Notes: generated from the letters alone by a model not told the origin. A stretch of 62,698 bases of DNA, filler included, from Candidatus Omnitrophota bacterium (GCA_043813915.1; 5 parts of 5 records of this genome joined end to end with filler, not necessarily neighbours in it), one strand, 5' to 3'; positions 38,879-49,440 are shown, numbered from the whole stretch's first letter. Numbers and translations are program-made.

Positions 38879-40222
38879 TTATTGTGTGGTGAATACCTGG
38901 AAGCCCGCGTATGCTTCCATCCCATGCTCGCTTATGTCCAGACCTTTAAGTTCGTCTTCTCTCGATACCCTCAGGCCCATTATCTTATCTGTTACCCTGA
39001 ATATCACCGTCATACAGACGGCAACAAAACTTACGACAACTACCGCTCCTAAAGCCTGCACACCTAGTTGGGCAAATCCTCCGCCGTGCAGAAGACCGTT
39101 GTTAGCAAGCCCCAAAGCTTTATGTCCGAATATCCCTACGGCAAGTGTTCCCCACACTCCGTTAACCAAATGTACGGGAACCGCTCCTACGGGATCGTCT
39201 ATCTGTATTTTATCAAGAAAGAACGTCGCAATAACCACCAATAGACCCCCTATAGCTCCTATTATAAGCGATTCCGAAGGCAATATATAGGCGCAAGGCG
39301 CGGTAACAGCGACAAGCCCGGCTAACGCGCCGTTCATCGTCATCGTAAGATCGGGTTTCCCGCATTTTTTCCATGCGTAGAACATAGCTACAAGTGCGCC
39401 GCTTACGGCCGCCATATTAGTGTTGATAGCGACTTTAGCTATAAGGCTTCCGTCACCCACGGACATGGTAGACCCCGGATTGAACCCGAACCACGCGAAC
39501 CATAGGATCAATACACCTAGTGACGCGAGTGCCATTGAATGTCCCGGAATAGCGTTAGCCGAACCGTCTTTATTGAACTTGCCTATCCTCGGACCAAGCA
39601 CCATTGTCCCGACCAAAGCGGCTGTCCCTCCTACGGTATGAACTACCGCGGATCCCGCGAAATCACCGAAACCTAGAGCGGCCAGCCATCCTCCGCCCCA
39701 TATCCAGTGACCTACGAAAGGATATACCGCAGCGGAGATCAGGAAAGAATATATCAAATACGCTTTGAATTTCATCCTCCCGGCTATTCCGCCCGCGACT
39801 ATTGTCGCGGCCGCCCCGCAAAAAACCGCGTGAAAGAACCATTCCGCCTCCAAAGGAAGATGCCCGCTGTGAGAGGTCCCCGTCAGAGCCCATCCTGTCC
39901 ATCCCATAAAACCATTCCCGGACCCGAACATTATCGCGTATCCGAAGATGAAAAATCCCATGGACGCCATACAGAAATCCAGAAAATTGTTCATCAAGAC
40001 ATTACATACGTTCTTTGTCCGCAGCAGACCCGCTTCCAACATACCGAATCCGGCCTGCATAATGAATACCATGAACGCGGCGATCATTACCCATAAAGTG
40101 TCTATCCCGGCTGTACTGGCATATTTTACCGTCTCGTCAGCCATGACCGTTCCGTTAAATCCGGCGATCGCCGAGGCGGCGCATAACAACATCGTGATCT
40201 TTTTAAATATATTATTTTTCAT
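38879..40222 (-). CDS. amtB: Ammonium transporter
   Basis: MQAGF..LEAG, DFAGS.VVH, WFGFNPGS, IDDPVGA.PVH; AAGGAGG SD before 40222. Confidence 0.97.
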   Translation of the reverse strand: MKNNIFKKITMLLCAASAIAGFNGTVMADETVKYASTAGIDTLWVMIAAFMVFIMQAGFGMLEAGLLRTKNVCNVLMNNFLDFCMASMGFFIFGYAIMFGSGNGFMGWTGWALTGTSHSGHLPLEAEWFFHAVFCGAAATIVAGGIAGRMKFKAYLIYSFLISAAVYPFVGHWIWGGGWLAALGFGDFAGSAVVHTVGGTAALVGTMVLGPRIGKFNKDGSANAIPGHSMALASLGVLILWFAWFGFNPGSTMSVGDGSLIAKVAINTNMAAVSGALVAMFYAWKKCGKPDLTMTMNGALAGLVAVTAPCAYILPSESLIIGAIGGLLVVIATFFLDKIQIDDPVGAVPVHLVNGVWGTLAVGIFGHKALGLANNGLLHGGGFAQLGVQALGAVVVVSFVAVCMTVIFRVTDKIMGLRVSREDELKGLDISEHGMEAYAGFQVFTTQ

Positions 40223-40277
40223 TAATAACCTCCTTTTACTTTTTTCCAGTCGCTTGTTCATCTTCACCTAGATAACA

Positions 40278-40952
40278 TCAATATGCAAACCCTACACTGA
40301 TACCGCCGTAGAATTCATTGCTTTCTGCATCACTATATGTCTCTCTATCAAGTATTACCGAATATGCCACCTGAGGTGTTACCATAAAGTACTCAAGTAC
40401 AGGTATGGAAACATCGGCTTTTACCAGCACATCGCTCCATCCGCTCTTATTCGTCCACTGTTTATCGTTATAAGCGAAAGCGGTGCCTATTGAAGACGTT
40501 ATCCCGTTACCGAGTTCGAAAGTATGTCCGCCTCCGAACTGCAAATAAGAACCTTTTCCGGCCTCAACGTCCCAATACCAGGTAATATACGGCTGGAGCA
40601 AAGTATCGTAGGACACACCCAGTATCGTCTCATGCGAATACGATCCTTTCTCTTTCAGATCCAGGTTAGGGAATGTGTAGAACGTATATCCGCTCTTTAT
40701 ACTCAGAGGCTCCAGGATATCTACCGTATCCATACCCAGTTTGGCTAACGCGTCACCTACACTGAATTCATACGACGCTGTGTAATCAAGTTCGGTAAAT
40801 TCCTGATATCTCCCGCTATCGAGAGTTTTGTCATGCGCCAGGCTGTAATTACCCCACACGTCAAGCGTGAACCCGTATTTCGACAGTGAAGCGTCAACCT
40901 GCATAACAGGTTCGTTACCTAAGTTCTGGCCTCTCCATATATACTTAGTAAG
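40278..40952 (-). CDS. TorF/Gcw_chp-like outer-membrane beta-barrel (5' truncated)
   Basis: In-frame upstream TKYIWRGQ...PVMQ; TELDY; aromatic C-terminus GFAY; upstream of amtB. Confidence 0.75.
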   Translation of the reverse strand, partial: LTKYIWRGQNLGNEPVMQVDASLSKYGFTLDVWGNYSLAHDKTLDSGRYQEFTELDYTASYEFSVGDALAKLGMDTVDILEPLSIKSGYTFYTFPNLDLKEKGSYSHETILGVSYDTLLQPYITWYWDVEAGKGSYLQFGGGHTFELGNGITSSIGTAFAYNDKQWTNKSGWSDVLVKADVSIPVLEYFMVTPQVAYSVILDRETYSDAESNEFYGGISVGFAY

Positions 40953-40954
40953 GA

Positions 40955-41054
40955 NNNNNNNNNNNNNNNNNNNNNNNNNNNNNNNNNNNNNNNNNNNNTT
41001 AATTAATTAANNNNNNNNNNNNNNNNNNNNNNNNNNNNNNNNNNNNNNNNNNNN
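40955..41054. other. Assembly linker/gap
   Basis: N-run with TTAATTAATTAA. Confidence 0.99.
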
Positions 41055-42416
41055 AATAAGATAAACGGTTTTTCCGTTACTGTCGCCCAGCTCAAGGATA
41101 TCGGCAATGACCTGGTGGACATACACGGCCCACACGATCATCAGATGCTTTTATCCGAAAATTCCCATCTCGCCATACTGGACCGGCTATCATCCATAGA
41201 AAAAGAAAAAGCGGAATATTCCGGTATCTTTTCTATATATACGGAACTGACCGAAGAATTAGAAGCCCTGAAAGATCTCTCCAAAAACAGTGAACGGGAG
41301 ATAGATATGCTGACCCATCAGATAAAAGAGATGGAACAGGTCTCCCTTTCTCAGGAAGAATACGAAACACTTATCACTGAAAGCTCTAAAATAAATAATT
41401 CCGAAAAGCTTCACTCTTCAGCGGCCGCTCTTCTGGAACTTATCGATAACGAGGAAAGCGGCATAACGCGGGCTTCACTTCAGGCCTTCACTTTTATGAA
41501 CACATTGACCGCGACTGACGGTTCCGCTCTGCCTTTCGCCGAGATACTATCCCGCATACAGGATGACAGTTCCGAGCTTGCGTCCGCTTTGATGGATTAT
41601 ATCGGATCTCTTTCTTTCGACCGCGATCAGGCTGAAGATATAAACCGCCGTATCGATCTATATTATGACCTGACGCGTAAATACGGTTCTTCGCTCGAAG
41701 ATGTCCGCTTGTTTTACTCTGAAGCGAAGAAAAAACACGCCCTTCTGACCGATCTTGAGCATAATGACGCTGAGCTGAAAAAGCGTATCGGCAGAACGCG
41801 TCAGGAACTGGATAAAGCAGCGGCCGTACTCACCGAAAAACGGAAAAGAACGGCGGCCGGGCTTAAGACCACCATTGAGAGCGAGTTAAAGGAACTCGGG
41901 ATAAAGCAGGTAAAATTCAAGTGCCGGATAGAACCCGCCCCCGCCTCACGCAGCGGGCAGGACAAAGTATCTTTCTATATAAGCCCTAATGCCGGCGAGG
42001 ACCTAAAACCCATGGCGGAAATAGTATCATCGGGAGAGGCGGCGCGCGTGATGCTGGCCCTTAAAAAAGCCCTTACAAAGGCCGATCCCGTTCCCGTCCT
42101 TGTGTTCGACGAGATCGACGCCCAGATCGGCGGGAGACTCGGATCCGTAACCGGAAAAAAGCTCAAAGAGCTTTCGACCGACCGGCAGGTGATACTGATC
42201 ACGCATCTCCCGCAAATAGCGTCTTTCGGCACGATCCATCATAAGGTATCAAAGACCGTTAGGAACGGGCGAACTTTCACCGAGATAGAGTCCCTGGGAC
42301 GCAAGGAACGGGTCAAAGAGCTTTCCGAAATGATGAGCGGAGAAGTGGAAAGCGGTATTGCCGTGAAACACGCCGAGGATATGCTGCGCCAGGCCGAAAA
42401 ATTAAACATTTATTGA
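41055..42416 (+). CDS. recN: DNA repair protein RecN (5' truncated)
   Basis: KING...VDIHGPHDHQ, SSGEAARVMLALK, VFDEID, ITHLPQIA. Confidence 0.95.
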   Translation, partial: NKINGFSVTVAQLKDIGNDLVDIHGPHDHQMLLSENSHLAILDRLSSIEKEKAEYSGIFSIYTELTEELEALKDLSKNSEREIDMLTHQIKEMEQVSLSQEEYETLITESSKINNSEKLHSSAAALLELIDNEESGITRASLQAFTFMNTLTATDGSALPFAEILSRIQDDSSELASALMDYIGSLSFDRDQAEDINRRIDLYYDLTRKYGSSLEDVRLFYSEAKKKHALLTDLEHNDAELKKRIGRTRQELDKAAAVLTEKRKRTAAGLKTTIESELKELGIKQVKFKCRIEPAPASRSGQDKVSFYISPNAGEDLKPMAEIVSSGEAARVMLALKKALTKADPVPVLVFDEIDAQIGGRLGSVTGKKLKELSTDRQVILITHLPQIASFGTIHHKVSKTVRNGRTFTEIESLGRKERVKELSEMMSGEVESGIAVKHAEDMLRQAEKLNIY

Positions 42417-42441
42417 CCGAAAAGCCCGGTTCGGGTATAAT
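42413..42441 (+). promoter_or_regulatory. sigma70 promoter of the cold-shock gene
   Basis: TTGACC-17-TATAAT. Confidence 0.75.
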
Positions 42442-42560
42442 CCATATATCGCAAGTGTAACAGGGAAAGGGAGTAGACATCTTTAACCGCACGGGAGAGA
42501 GGCTATCCCTGCGGTTTTTTTTGGTCTATTCCGTGCATGGTCAAAAGGAGGTAAGGAGTA

Positions 42561-42761
42561 ATGGCTAAAGGTAAAGTAAAATGGTTCAACAACAAAAAGG
42601 GCTATGGTTTCATCGCTCCGGAAACAGGCAATGACGTATTCGTACATCATAGCTCCATTCAGGGTGAAGGGTTCAAAACCCTGGAAGAAGGTCAGGATGT
42701 TGAGTTCGAGATAAAACAAGGACCGAAAGGCGAAGAAGCCGTTAACGTTGTTAAACTTTAG
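42561..42761 (+). CDS. Cold-shock protein (CspA family)
   Basis: GKVKWFN, KGYGFI, DVFVHHS, GFKTL. Confidence 0.97.
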   Translation: MAKGKVKWFNNKKGYGFIAPETGNDVFVHHSSIQGEGFKTLEEGQDVEFEIKQGPKGEEAVNVVKL

Positions 42762-42772
42762 TGAACTATAGA

Positions 42773-42826
42773 AAGAAAAGAACAGGGACGTCCCGCGAAA
42801 TGCGATGACGTTCCTGTTCTTTTCTT
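42773..42826. terminator. Bidirectional terminator
   Basis: AAGAAAAGAACAGG.../...CCTGTTCTTTTCTT inverted repeat between convergent genes. Confidence 0.75.
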
Positions 42827-42853
42827 AGAGCCCCTTCCTGCGTCCGCGTTTTT

Positions 42854-43237
42854 TTATTCTATCGCCCATGGCTCCTTGATAACAAGCTTTTCCGCGAATT
42901 TCTCTATTTCCATTTTTTCCGCGTCACTGATATCGGTAAATACGGAAGCTATTCTTACTCTCGACGAGTTAGGTTCCTTTTGCGCCCGCAGCACCGTGCC
43001 TCTGCACTCTATAGGTTTTTCCAAAGACGGAAAATTTATCTTGAACTCAAGCCTGGAATCCGCCTCTATAGTATCATCATAGTTAAAACGTATCCCCCCC
43101 GCACCTAGGTCCTGAACATTTACCATATCCCATCCGGGAAATATCCCTCCGTCGCCTTTTTCGTTAAGGATCTGAAACCTCGCGATAATGGGCTTCTTTA
43201 TCCTCCTGTATTTTCTCTTTTCCGTCCCCGCAAACAT
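42854..43237 (-). CDS. Stand-alone PilZ domain protein
   Basis: EKRKYRR (RxxxR) and DLGAGG (DxSxxG variant). Confidence 0.88.
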   Translation of the reverse strand: MFAGTEKRKYRRIKKPIIARFQILNEKGDGGIFPGWDMVNVQDLGAGGIRFNYDDTIEADSRLEFKINFPSLEKPIECRGTVLRAQKEPNSSRVRIASVFTDISDAEKMEIEKFAEKLVIKEPWAIE

Positions 43238-43307
43238 AATGTCCCTTGCTTACTTTTTTTTATTTTAACAGTTTTAGCCTACTTTGTCAAGAAAAAACGC
43301 TATAATA

Positions 43308-44732
43308 TCATTTCGCGTATAAAGAATCGCTTTTTAGATATTCGTTCCACATTTTTTCGAACCCGCCCCGTGAAACGTAGAATTCCTCGTCTATAGCGTT
43401 CGCGTAATGCGTCCCCTTACCTATTCTGTCCAGAAGCCCCCTGAGGCCGTCCCAACCCCATTTATCCAGGATAAAAAGCACTGCCGTATATGCCGCCTCA
43501 TAACTGAGCGCAAGCCTCTCTTCATCCTCTTTTTCCGAAAAACCTCCGTCAATATACTCTAAGGATAGCTCCTTTCCTCGCCCTATCTCATTAAAGACAT
43601 ACATTAGTGTTGAGGGTATATACTTATCCTGTTCAAGAACGGCTATGCCTTCATGCAGCCATATCGGACATTCATTGTTAGTAAGTATGGAAAGGACAGC
43701 ATGCGTATATTCATGCGCGGCGAGACCCGGAAAAAGAGGATCGTTGTAATCGGCATTGACCGATATCCTTATTCCAGCGCCGTCATAGAAAGCCCTAACG
43801 ATCCCCGCCTGTTTGAATATCTCCCTGAAATCGTCTTCCCGATAAAATACCAGCGGGGTGATCCCGGGCGGATAGAAACGCAGGTCGTCACCTACTTCTT
43901 TGTATATACCATCCAAGGTCCTTGCCAGCGCTTCCACATCCACGTTATTATTTCCATAGAACTGTATATCAAAATGTTCTGTTTCGACGGTCCGTTTACC
44001 GGCCTCAAGCTCTATTTCCTTGCGTACTTTTTCTATCTTCCCGTCGATATCAGCGTTATCCGGTTCGGTCTCTTTAGCTTTTTTCCAGAAAAAGAGCGCC
44101 CGGTTAAGATCTCCTTTACGGTAATAATATCTGGCCAGCATATCCAAGGTCATGAAACTCTTTTTAAGCGCGTAAGAAGCGTTCAAGCATAAAAGCACCG
44201 TGGGATCGTCGTTCCGCTGAAAGGCCTCTACACCTCTGTTAAAAAAATATATGGAAATATTTTTCCTGACCTTTTTGGATTGCATCGCGGTGTCCACCGC
44301 CTTGATCGAGAGCGCAAGCGCATCCTCCGCCCTTCCTTCTTCGGAATACTTTACGGCTTTTTTCGCGTATAGGTAGGATAGCTCATGTATGGCCAACGCG
44401 TTCTTATCATGCATTTCATAGGCCATCTCCATCTTATCTATCGCCTCGTCCAATTCTCCTTTATCGTCAAGAAACCTCGAATATTTCACGTACCCGCGCA
44501 CAAGTTGGTCTTGCATTTCTTTACTGTCAAGCGCGGTCTCATACCCTTCATGCAGGACATATAGAGCCTGATCATAATTATCCTGCTCCATATATTTATC
44601 GGCTTCCCTGACATACTCATAAATGCCTTTCTGGCCCGGGTCTTCGGAACATCCGGAAGCGGACAAAATGATCACCGCCGCGCTTATCCCTAAGACCGAC
44701 ATACTCTTGTATTTACACGCTAAAACTGTCAC
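43308..44732 (-). CDS. TPR lipoprotein with peptidase MA (gluzincin) domain
   Basis: ASGC lipobox; TPR helices; HEYTH...PIWLHEGIA. Confidence 0.85.
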   Translation of the reverse strand: MTVLACKYKSMSVLGISAAVIILSASGCSEDPGQKGIYEYVREADKYMEQDNYDQALYVLHEGYETALDSKEMQDQLVRGYVKYSRFLDDKGELDEAIDKMEMAYEMHDKNALAIHELSYLYAKKAVKYSEEGRAEDALALSIKAVDTAMQSKKVRKNISIYFFNRGVEAFQRNDDPTVLLCLNASYALKKSFMTLDMLARYYYRKGDLNRALFFWKKAKETEPDNADIDGKIEKVRKEIELEAGKRTVETEHFDIQFYGNNNVDVEALARTLDGIYKEVGDDLRFYPPGITPLVFYREDDFREIFKQAGIVRAFYDGAGIRISVNADYNDPLFPGLAAHEYTHAVLSILTNNECPIWLHEGIAVLEQDKYIPSTLMYVFNEIGRGKELSLEYIDGGFSEKEDEERLALSYEAAYTAVLFILDKWGWDGLRGLLDRIGKGTHYANAIDEEFYVSRGGFEKMWNEYLKSDSLYAK

Positions 44733-44787
44733 CTATCTCCTTTTGAAATTTTGTTATACCGCCGGAACGGTAATAACCGTAAGTATC

Positions 44788-44816
44788 AGTATATCCGACG
44801 ATATTATAGCTGTCAA
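44788..44816 (-). promoter_or_regulatory. sigma70 promoter of the TPR-peptidase gene
   Basis: TTGACA-17-TATACT; the -35 lies inside the 23-bp repeat shared with 32076. Confidence 0.7.
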
Positions 44817-44849
44817 TTCACCGATACCCCGGGCTAAAGACCGGCTAGA

Positions 44850-44969
44850 TTATTGAACGGACTTTTTTATCTTCACGGACGTTTTGAGTTTGGACGGATA
44901 CTTTTCCTTCCCGTTCCTTATCATACGCGCTATATCTTTCTGCCGTTTTGACCCGGATCTTTTTGTCAT
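44850..44969 (-). CDS. Putative 39-aa basic peptide
   Basis: ATGA overlap with DUF1667 stop; MTKRSGSKRQ...KIKKSVQ. Confidence 0.3.
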   Translation of the reverse strand: MTKRSGSKRQKDIARMIRNGKEKYPSKLKTSVKIKKSVQ

Positions 44970-45328
44970 TTTTTATCTGCCTTGCGTGTAGCAATAAGGT
45001 TTATCCCGAGACCCAAAAGGTCTTCCGATACCTTATCTCCGGTCCTTACACTTTCCGTGACATTTATTTTCCGTATTTCTTTCATTACATCCATTATCCG
45101 GTCCTTAGGGACCGGCCCGTCCGTTCTCACCGGGATGAGTTTAAGCGTCAACCCTTCACCTGCCACTGTAGAAGTGACCGTTCTTGCGGGATGCTCTATT
45201 TCACTTACCGCATAACTCTCGCCTTTAGGACATTTTGCGCCGTCTGTTCCGGTCACTTTAGACCCTTCAACGTTAACTGTAAGGGAACATCCCGCGGGAC
45301 ATTCTATGCATGTGATCGTTCTATTCAT
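44966..45328 (-). CDS. DUF1667 domain protein
   Basis: TCIECPAGC, GAKCPKG, PARTVTSTV, PVRT; typical of glpK/glpA clusters. Confidence 0.9.
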   Translation of the reverse strand: MNRTITCIECPAGCSLTVNVEGSKVTGTDGAKCPKGESYAVSEIEHPARTVTSTVAGEGLTLKLIPVRTDGPVPKDRIMDVMKEIRKINVTESVRTGDKVSEDLLGLGINLIATRKADKK

Positions 45329-45347
45329 CTCTCATCCTTCATCCTTC

Positions 45348-46355
45348 TTATCGTCGTCCCTCATCCCTCGTCCCTCGTCCTTCCACAATCCCCAGATACT
45401 CAGCCGCCATATGTCCTGCTTCGATACTGTCTTTTGAGACCGTATCGACGATATCGTATACTTTGAACGCGTTCCCGCATACAAAAAGCCCAGGGATCGA
45501 TGTTTTATTGACCTCATCGGATACCGGTGAATTGGTCTTCTTGTCCAATTCTACCCCGGCCATCTCGATAAGTTCGTTCTCGGGAATAAGCCCTACCGAC
45601 ATAAGCACGGTATCGCATTCAATGACCTTTTTTGATATTATGCTTTCATCGGGCCCGTCATCGATCTTTTCTATCTCCACCTTCTCCACTCTATCTCGGC
45701 CTATTATCCGTGATATCTTATGTCTGTAATATACGGGTACTTCAAAATCCTCTATGCATTGGACCATATTCCTCAAAAGACCGCGGCTTTCTTTTTTTAA
45801 CTCGATAACGGCTTTCACTTGGGCACCTTCCAGTATGAACCGGCGTGCCATAATAAGGCCGATATCCCCGGACCCCACCACTACGACCCGCCTGCCAGGC
45901 ATCAGTCCTTCTATATTAATAAGTTTCTGCGCGAGACCCGCTGAAAATATCCCTGCCGGACGCGTCCCCGCGATATGCACCATTTCGCGCGTTTTTTCTC
46001 TGCACCCCGTGGCCATGATAAGAGCTTTGGCCTTAACGGTCTCTCTTCTTCCGGGGCTAAGATACGTTAGCACCTTATCCGCTGTCAAACCGACAACAAA
46101 AGATCTTAGCATTACCTCTATACAAGGCATGCCTCTGACCATAGTTTCGAACCGGTCTGCATACTCGGGACCCGTAAGCGTTTCCTTGAAATGTTCCAGA
46201 CCGAACCCTGTATGTATACACTGGTTGAGTATACCTCCGAGATACTCGGCTCTCTCAAGCACAAGTATATCGCGAATCCCGTTATCGTATGCCGATACGG
46301 CGGCAGCCATTCCGGCAGGTCCTCCTCCTACGATTATAAGTTCGCGTTCATTCAC
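45348..46355 (-). CDS. NAD(P)/FAD-dependent oxidoreductase (glycerol cluster)
   Basis: GGGPAG, GGILNQCIHTGFG, GSGDIGLIMARR, SVGLIPENEL. Confidence 0.9.
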   Translation of the reverse strand: MNERELIIVGGGPAGMAAAVSAYDNGIRDILVLERAEYLGGILNQCIHTGFGLEHFKETLTGPEYADRFETMVRGMPCIEVMLRSFVVGLTADKVLTYLSPGRRETVKAKALIMATGCREKTREMVHIAGTRPAGIFSAGLAQKLINIEGLMPGRRVVVVGSGDIGLIMARRFILEGAQVKAVIELKKESRGLLRNMVQCIEDFEVPVYYRHKISRIIGRDRVEKVEIEKIDDGPDESIISKKVIECDTVLMSVGLIPENELIEMAGVELDKKTNSPVSDEVNKTSIPGLFVCGNAFKVYDIVDTVSKDSIEAGHMAAEYLGIVEGRGTRDEGRR

Positions 46356-47793
46356 CCTTTACCCCTTTGACCATTTCGGATCCGGAACCTCTTTTCGTGA
46401 TATCCGTTACCTTTTTACCGGTCTCTTCGGCGAGTATTTTCATCAGACGGCACGAACAAAAACTTCCGTGACATCTCCCTGCCTGCGCGCGTGTCCGGAA
46501 CTTTATCCCGTCCATGGTGACCGCACCTCGCCCGATAGCGTCTTTGATCTCCTTAACGGATACCATTTCGCATCTGCATACAATATCCCCGTATGCGGGG
46601 TCTTTCTCTATAAGTTTCCGTGCTTCCTTGAAGGACACATCAAAAAGATGTACGGTCCTTCTGCGGTGTTTACGAAAGAATACCTTTCTTCCCGGCCGGA
46701 ACCCCTTGCTTCTCAAAATACCCAGAACAAGTTCGGCAACGGCCGGAGCCGCGGTAAGTCCCGGTGACTGTATCCCGGCCACGTTGACAAAACCCGGTAA
46801 TTCATCTTCATACCTTATTATAAAATCATCCCCGCATACGGGCCGGAGTCCCGCGAAATAAGATATGATATCACTCTTTTTTATCGACGGTACCAATTTT
46901 CGCGCTAAGCCGATAACTTCTTCGAACCCTTTATCCGAAGTGGACAGGTCATATTTGTCCTCTATCTCGGCCGCTGTAGGGCCTATCATAGGATTCCCGT
47001 CGGACGTCCTTGTAACAAGTATTCCTTTAGATCTTTCCGAGGGAAGCGGAAAAAGCAGATGCCGGGTAAGATGCTCTTTCTTTTTATCCAATATGAATTC
47101 TTCTCCTTTGCGCGGAGTGATCTTTATATCCAATATCCCCACCATATTCGCGATCTCATCGGCAAAAAGACCGGCCGCGTTTATAATGTGTTTTGCCCTG
47201 AAGGTCCCTTTTGAGGTCACGATCTCAAATCTATATTTATCTTTCTTGTTCGTATTTCTAATGATGTCCAATACCTTTGTATTCACATTCATCTCTACAC
47301 CGTTACTTACAGCGTTCTCCGCAAGGTCATAAACGTATCTATACGGGCTGATTATTCCGGCAGTGGGAGCGTACAACGCCGCTAAAGCTTCTTTATTAAG
47401 GTTCGGTTCGTTCTCTCTAAGCCAGACATTATCGACTATGCGTGTCCCGGGCACCCCCAGGGTATCCGCGTCTTTCTTGAGCTCGGTAAGTTTTACCCTC
47501 TCTTCTTCCGTGAACGCTACTATGAGTTCTCCTACCTCTTTGAGATCTATCCCCAGTTCACGTGAGACCTTGCGTACCATCACATTACCCCGTACGCATA
47601 ATTTCCCCTTAAGCAAATCCGGCGAGTTCTGCGTGCCGGGATGGATTATCCCGCTATTGGATTTCGATACGCCGAAAGCCGGTTCCTCTTCCTTCTCCAG
47701 AAGAGCGGTGTTTATTCTATAACGCGACATTTCACGCGCGATAGATGTCCCTATTATCCCGCCGCCTATGATTATTACATCGTGTATCTTCAT
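46348..47793 (-). CDS. FAD-dependent glycerol-3-phosphate dehydrogenase-like protein with BFD-like [2Fe-2S] domain
   Basis: GGGIIG, SKSNSGIIH, IQSPGLTAAPA, CRCE...GRCHGSFC. Confidence 0.9.
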   Translation of the reverse strand: MKIHDVIIIGGGIIGTSIAREMSRYRINTALLEKEEEPAFGVSKSNSGIIHPGTQNSPDLLKGKLCVRGNVMVRKVSRELGIDLKEVGELIVAFTEEERVKLTELKKDADTLGVPGTRIVDNVWLRENEPNLNKEALAALYAPTAGIISPYRYVYDLAENAVSNGVEMNVNTKVLDIIRNTNKKDKYRFEIVTSKGTFRAKHIINAAGLFADEIANMVGILDIKITPRKGEEFILDKKKEHLTRHLLFPLPSERSKGILVTRTSDGNPMIGPTAAEIEDKYDLSTSDKGFEEVIGLARKLVPSIKKSDIISYFAGLRPVCGDDFIIRYEDELPGFVNVAGIQSPGLTAAPAVAELVLGILRSKGFRPGRKVFFRKHRRRTVHLFDVSFKEARKLIEKDPAYGDIVCRCEMVSVKEIKDAIGRGAVTMDGIKFRTRAQAGRCHGSFCSCRLMKILAEETGKKVTDITKRGSGSEMVKGVKGE

Positions 47794-47882
47794 AATTCAA
47801 TTCGTTTCACTCAGCACAGAGCATAGCGCGTAGCGTTATATTGACTGCTGCTCTAATAGCCTAACCTGGCTTGTCAACGATA

Positions 47883-49340
47883 TCACGAGAGTACTTTACT
47901 CACGGCATTTTTCCATCCGCTATAAAGTTTATCCGCGTCTTTTCGCAGCATCCGAGGTCTGAACGCTCTTTCTTTTTTCCAATATCTTTTTATCTCAGCC
48001 GTGTTTTTCCAATATCCCACAGCCAGACCGGCAAGATACGCCGCGCCCAAAGAAGTAAGCTCGATAATACGCGGTCTTATTATGCTGACACCCAGCATAT
48101 CCGCCTGGAACTGGCATAAAAAACCGTTGCTTACCGCCCCTCCGTCCACTTTAAGATCTTTTATAATAAGACCCGTATCTTTCCGCATAGCTTCTATTAC
48201 GTCTTTTGTCTGGTAGCACATGGCTTCCAGCGCGGCACGTACAATATGTTCTTTTTTTGTCCCTCTGGTTATTCCGGATATCATTCCTCTCGCGTCGCCA
48301 TCCCAATAAGGCGCGCCCATGCCCGTAAGCGCGGGCACAAAATACACTCCTTCGTTATTGCCGATCTTGCCCGCCATCTTTTCGGAATCCGATGCTTTCC
48401 TCAATAACCCTAACCCGTCCCTCAGCCACTGAACGGCCGCTCCGGCGACGAATATCGCGCCTTCAAGCGCGTACACAGGCCCGCCGGACGCGCCGCAGGC
48501 CAAAGTAACTATAAGCCCGTGTTTGGATACCGGTCTTTTCTTTCCCGTGTTCATAAGGACGAACGATCCCGTCCCGTAAGTATTCTTCATTGTGCCTGGT
48601 TCGAAACATGTCTGTCCGAAAAGCGCGGCCTGCTGATCACCCGCTATCCCGGCTACAGGAATCCCCGCGGGGAGTTTCCCTGTCCTGACCGTTTCTCCGA
48701 AAATACCCGAAGAGTTTTTCACTTCCGGCAGGATATTTTCCGGTATACCGAATCTTTTAAGGAGAGCGCTATCCCATTTAAGCTTATCGATATTGTAAAG
48801 CATCGTCCGTGACGCGTTGGTGTGATCGGTAGCGTGCGTTTTGCCGCCTGTAAGTTTCCATAATATCCACGTATCCGTCGTCCCGAACCTCAATTTACCT
48901 TTTTTAGCTTTCGCTTTAGCGCCGGGAACGTTCTTGAGTATCCATTCTATCTTTGTAGCCGAGAAATACGCGTCTATAGGTAACCCCGTCTTTTTACGAA
49001 AAAGAGCCTGTTCCCCTTTTTTCTTTTTCAGCTGTTCACATCGCGCCGCGGTCCTTCTGCATTGCCAGACTATAGCGTTATACACCGCTTTCCCGGTCTC
49101 GGCGTCCCATATGACCGTGGTCTCCCTTTGGTTCGTGATACCTATAGCGGCGATGGAACCCGCCGGGACTTTTGCGCAGACTTTCTGAACGACGCTGTTA
49201 ACGCTTTTCCATATATGTTCAGGATCGTGTTCGACCCACCCGGGTTTGGGGAATATCTGAGGAAATTCTTTATAAGCGCTTGCGACCTGCGCGCCTTTTT
49301 TGTCGTAGATTATCGCCCTGCTACCTGTCGTACCCTGATC
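47883..49340 (-). CDS. glpK: Glycerol kinase (first codons lost in gap)
   Basis: Frame extends to DQGTTGSR; GITNQRETT, YFSATK, GDQQAALFGQ, KNTYGTG. Confidence 0.97.
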   Translation of the reverse strand, partial: DQGTTGSRAIIYDKKGAQVASAYKEFPQIFPKPGWVEHDPEHIWKSVNSVVQKVCAKVPAGSIAAIGITNQRETTVIWDAETGKAVYNAIVWQCRRTAARCEQLKKKKGEQALFRKKTGLPIDAYFSATKIEWILKNVPGAKAKAKKGKLRFGTTDTWILWKLTGGKTHATDHTNASRTMLYNIDKLKWDSALLKRFGIPENILPEVKNSSGIFGETVRTGKLPAGIPVAGIAGDQQAALFGQTCFEPGTMKNTYGTGSFVLMNTGKKRPVSKHGLIVTLACGASGGPVYALEGAIFVAGAAVQWLRDGLGLLRKASDSEKMAGKIGNNEGVYFVPALTGMGAPYWDGDARGMISGITRGTKKEHIVRAALEAMCYQTKDVIEAMRKDTGLIIKDLKVDGGAVSNGFLCQFQADMLGVSIIRPRIIELTSLGAAYLAGLAVGYWKNTAEIKRYWKKERAFRPRMLRKDADKLYSGWKNAVSKVLS

Positions 49341-49440
49341 NNNNNNNNNNNNNNNNNNNNNNNNNNNNNNNNNNNNNNNNNNNNTTAATTAATTAANNNN
49401 NNNNNNNNNNNNNNNNNNNNNNNNNNNNNNNNNNNNNNNN
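49341..49440. other. Assembly linker/gap
   Basis: N-run with TTAATTAATTAA. Confidence 0.99.

Noticed and set aside
45754..46767. 337-aa plus-strand ORF
   Set aside because: Antisense shadow of the oxidoreductase genes
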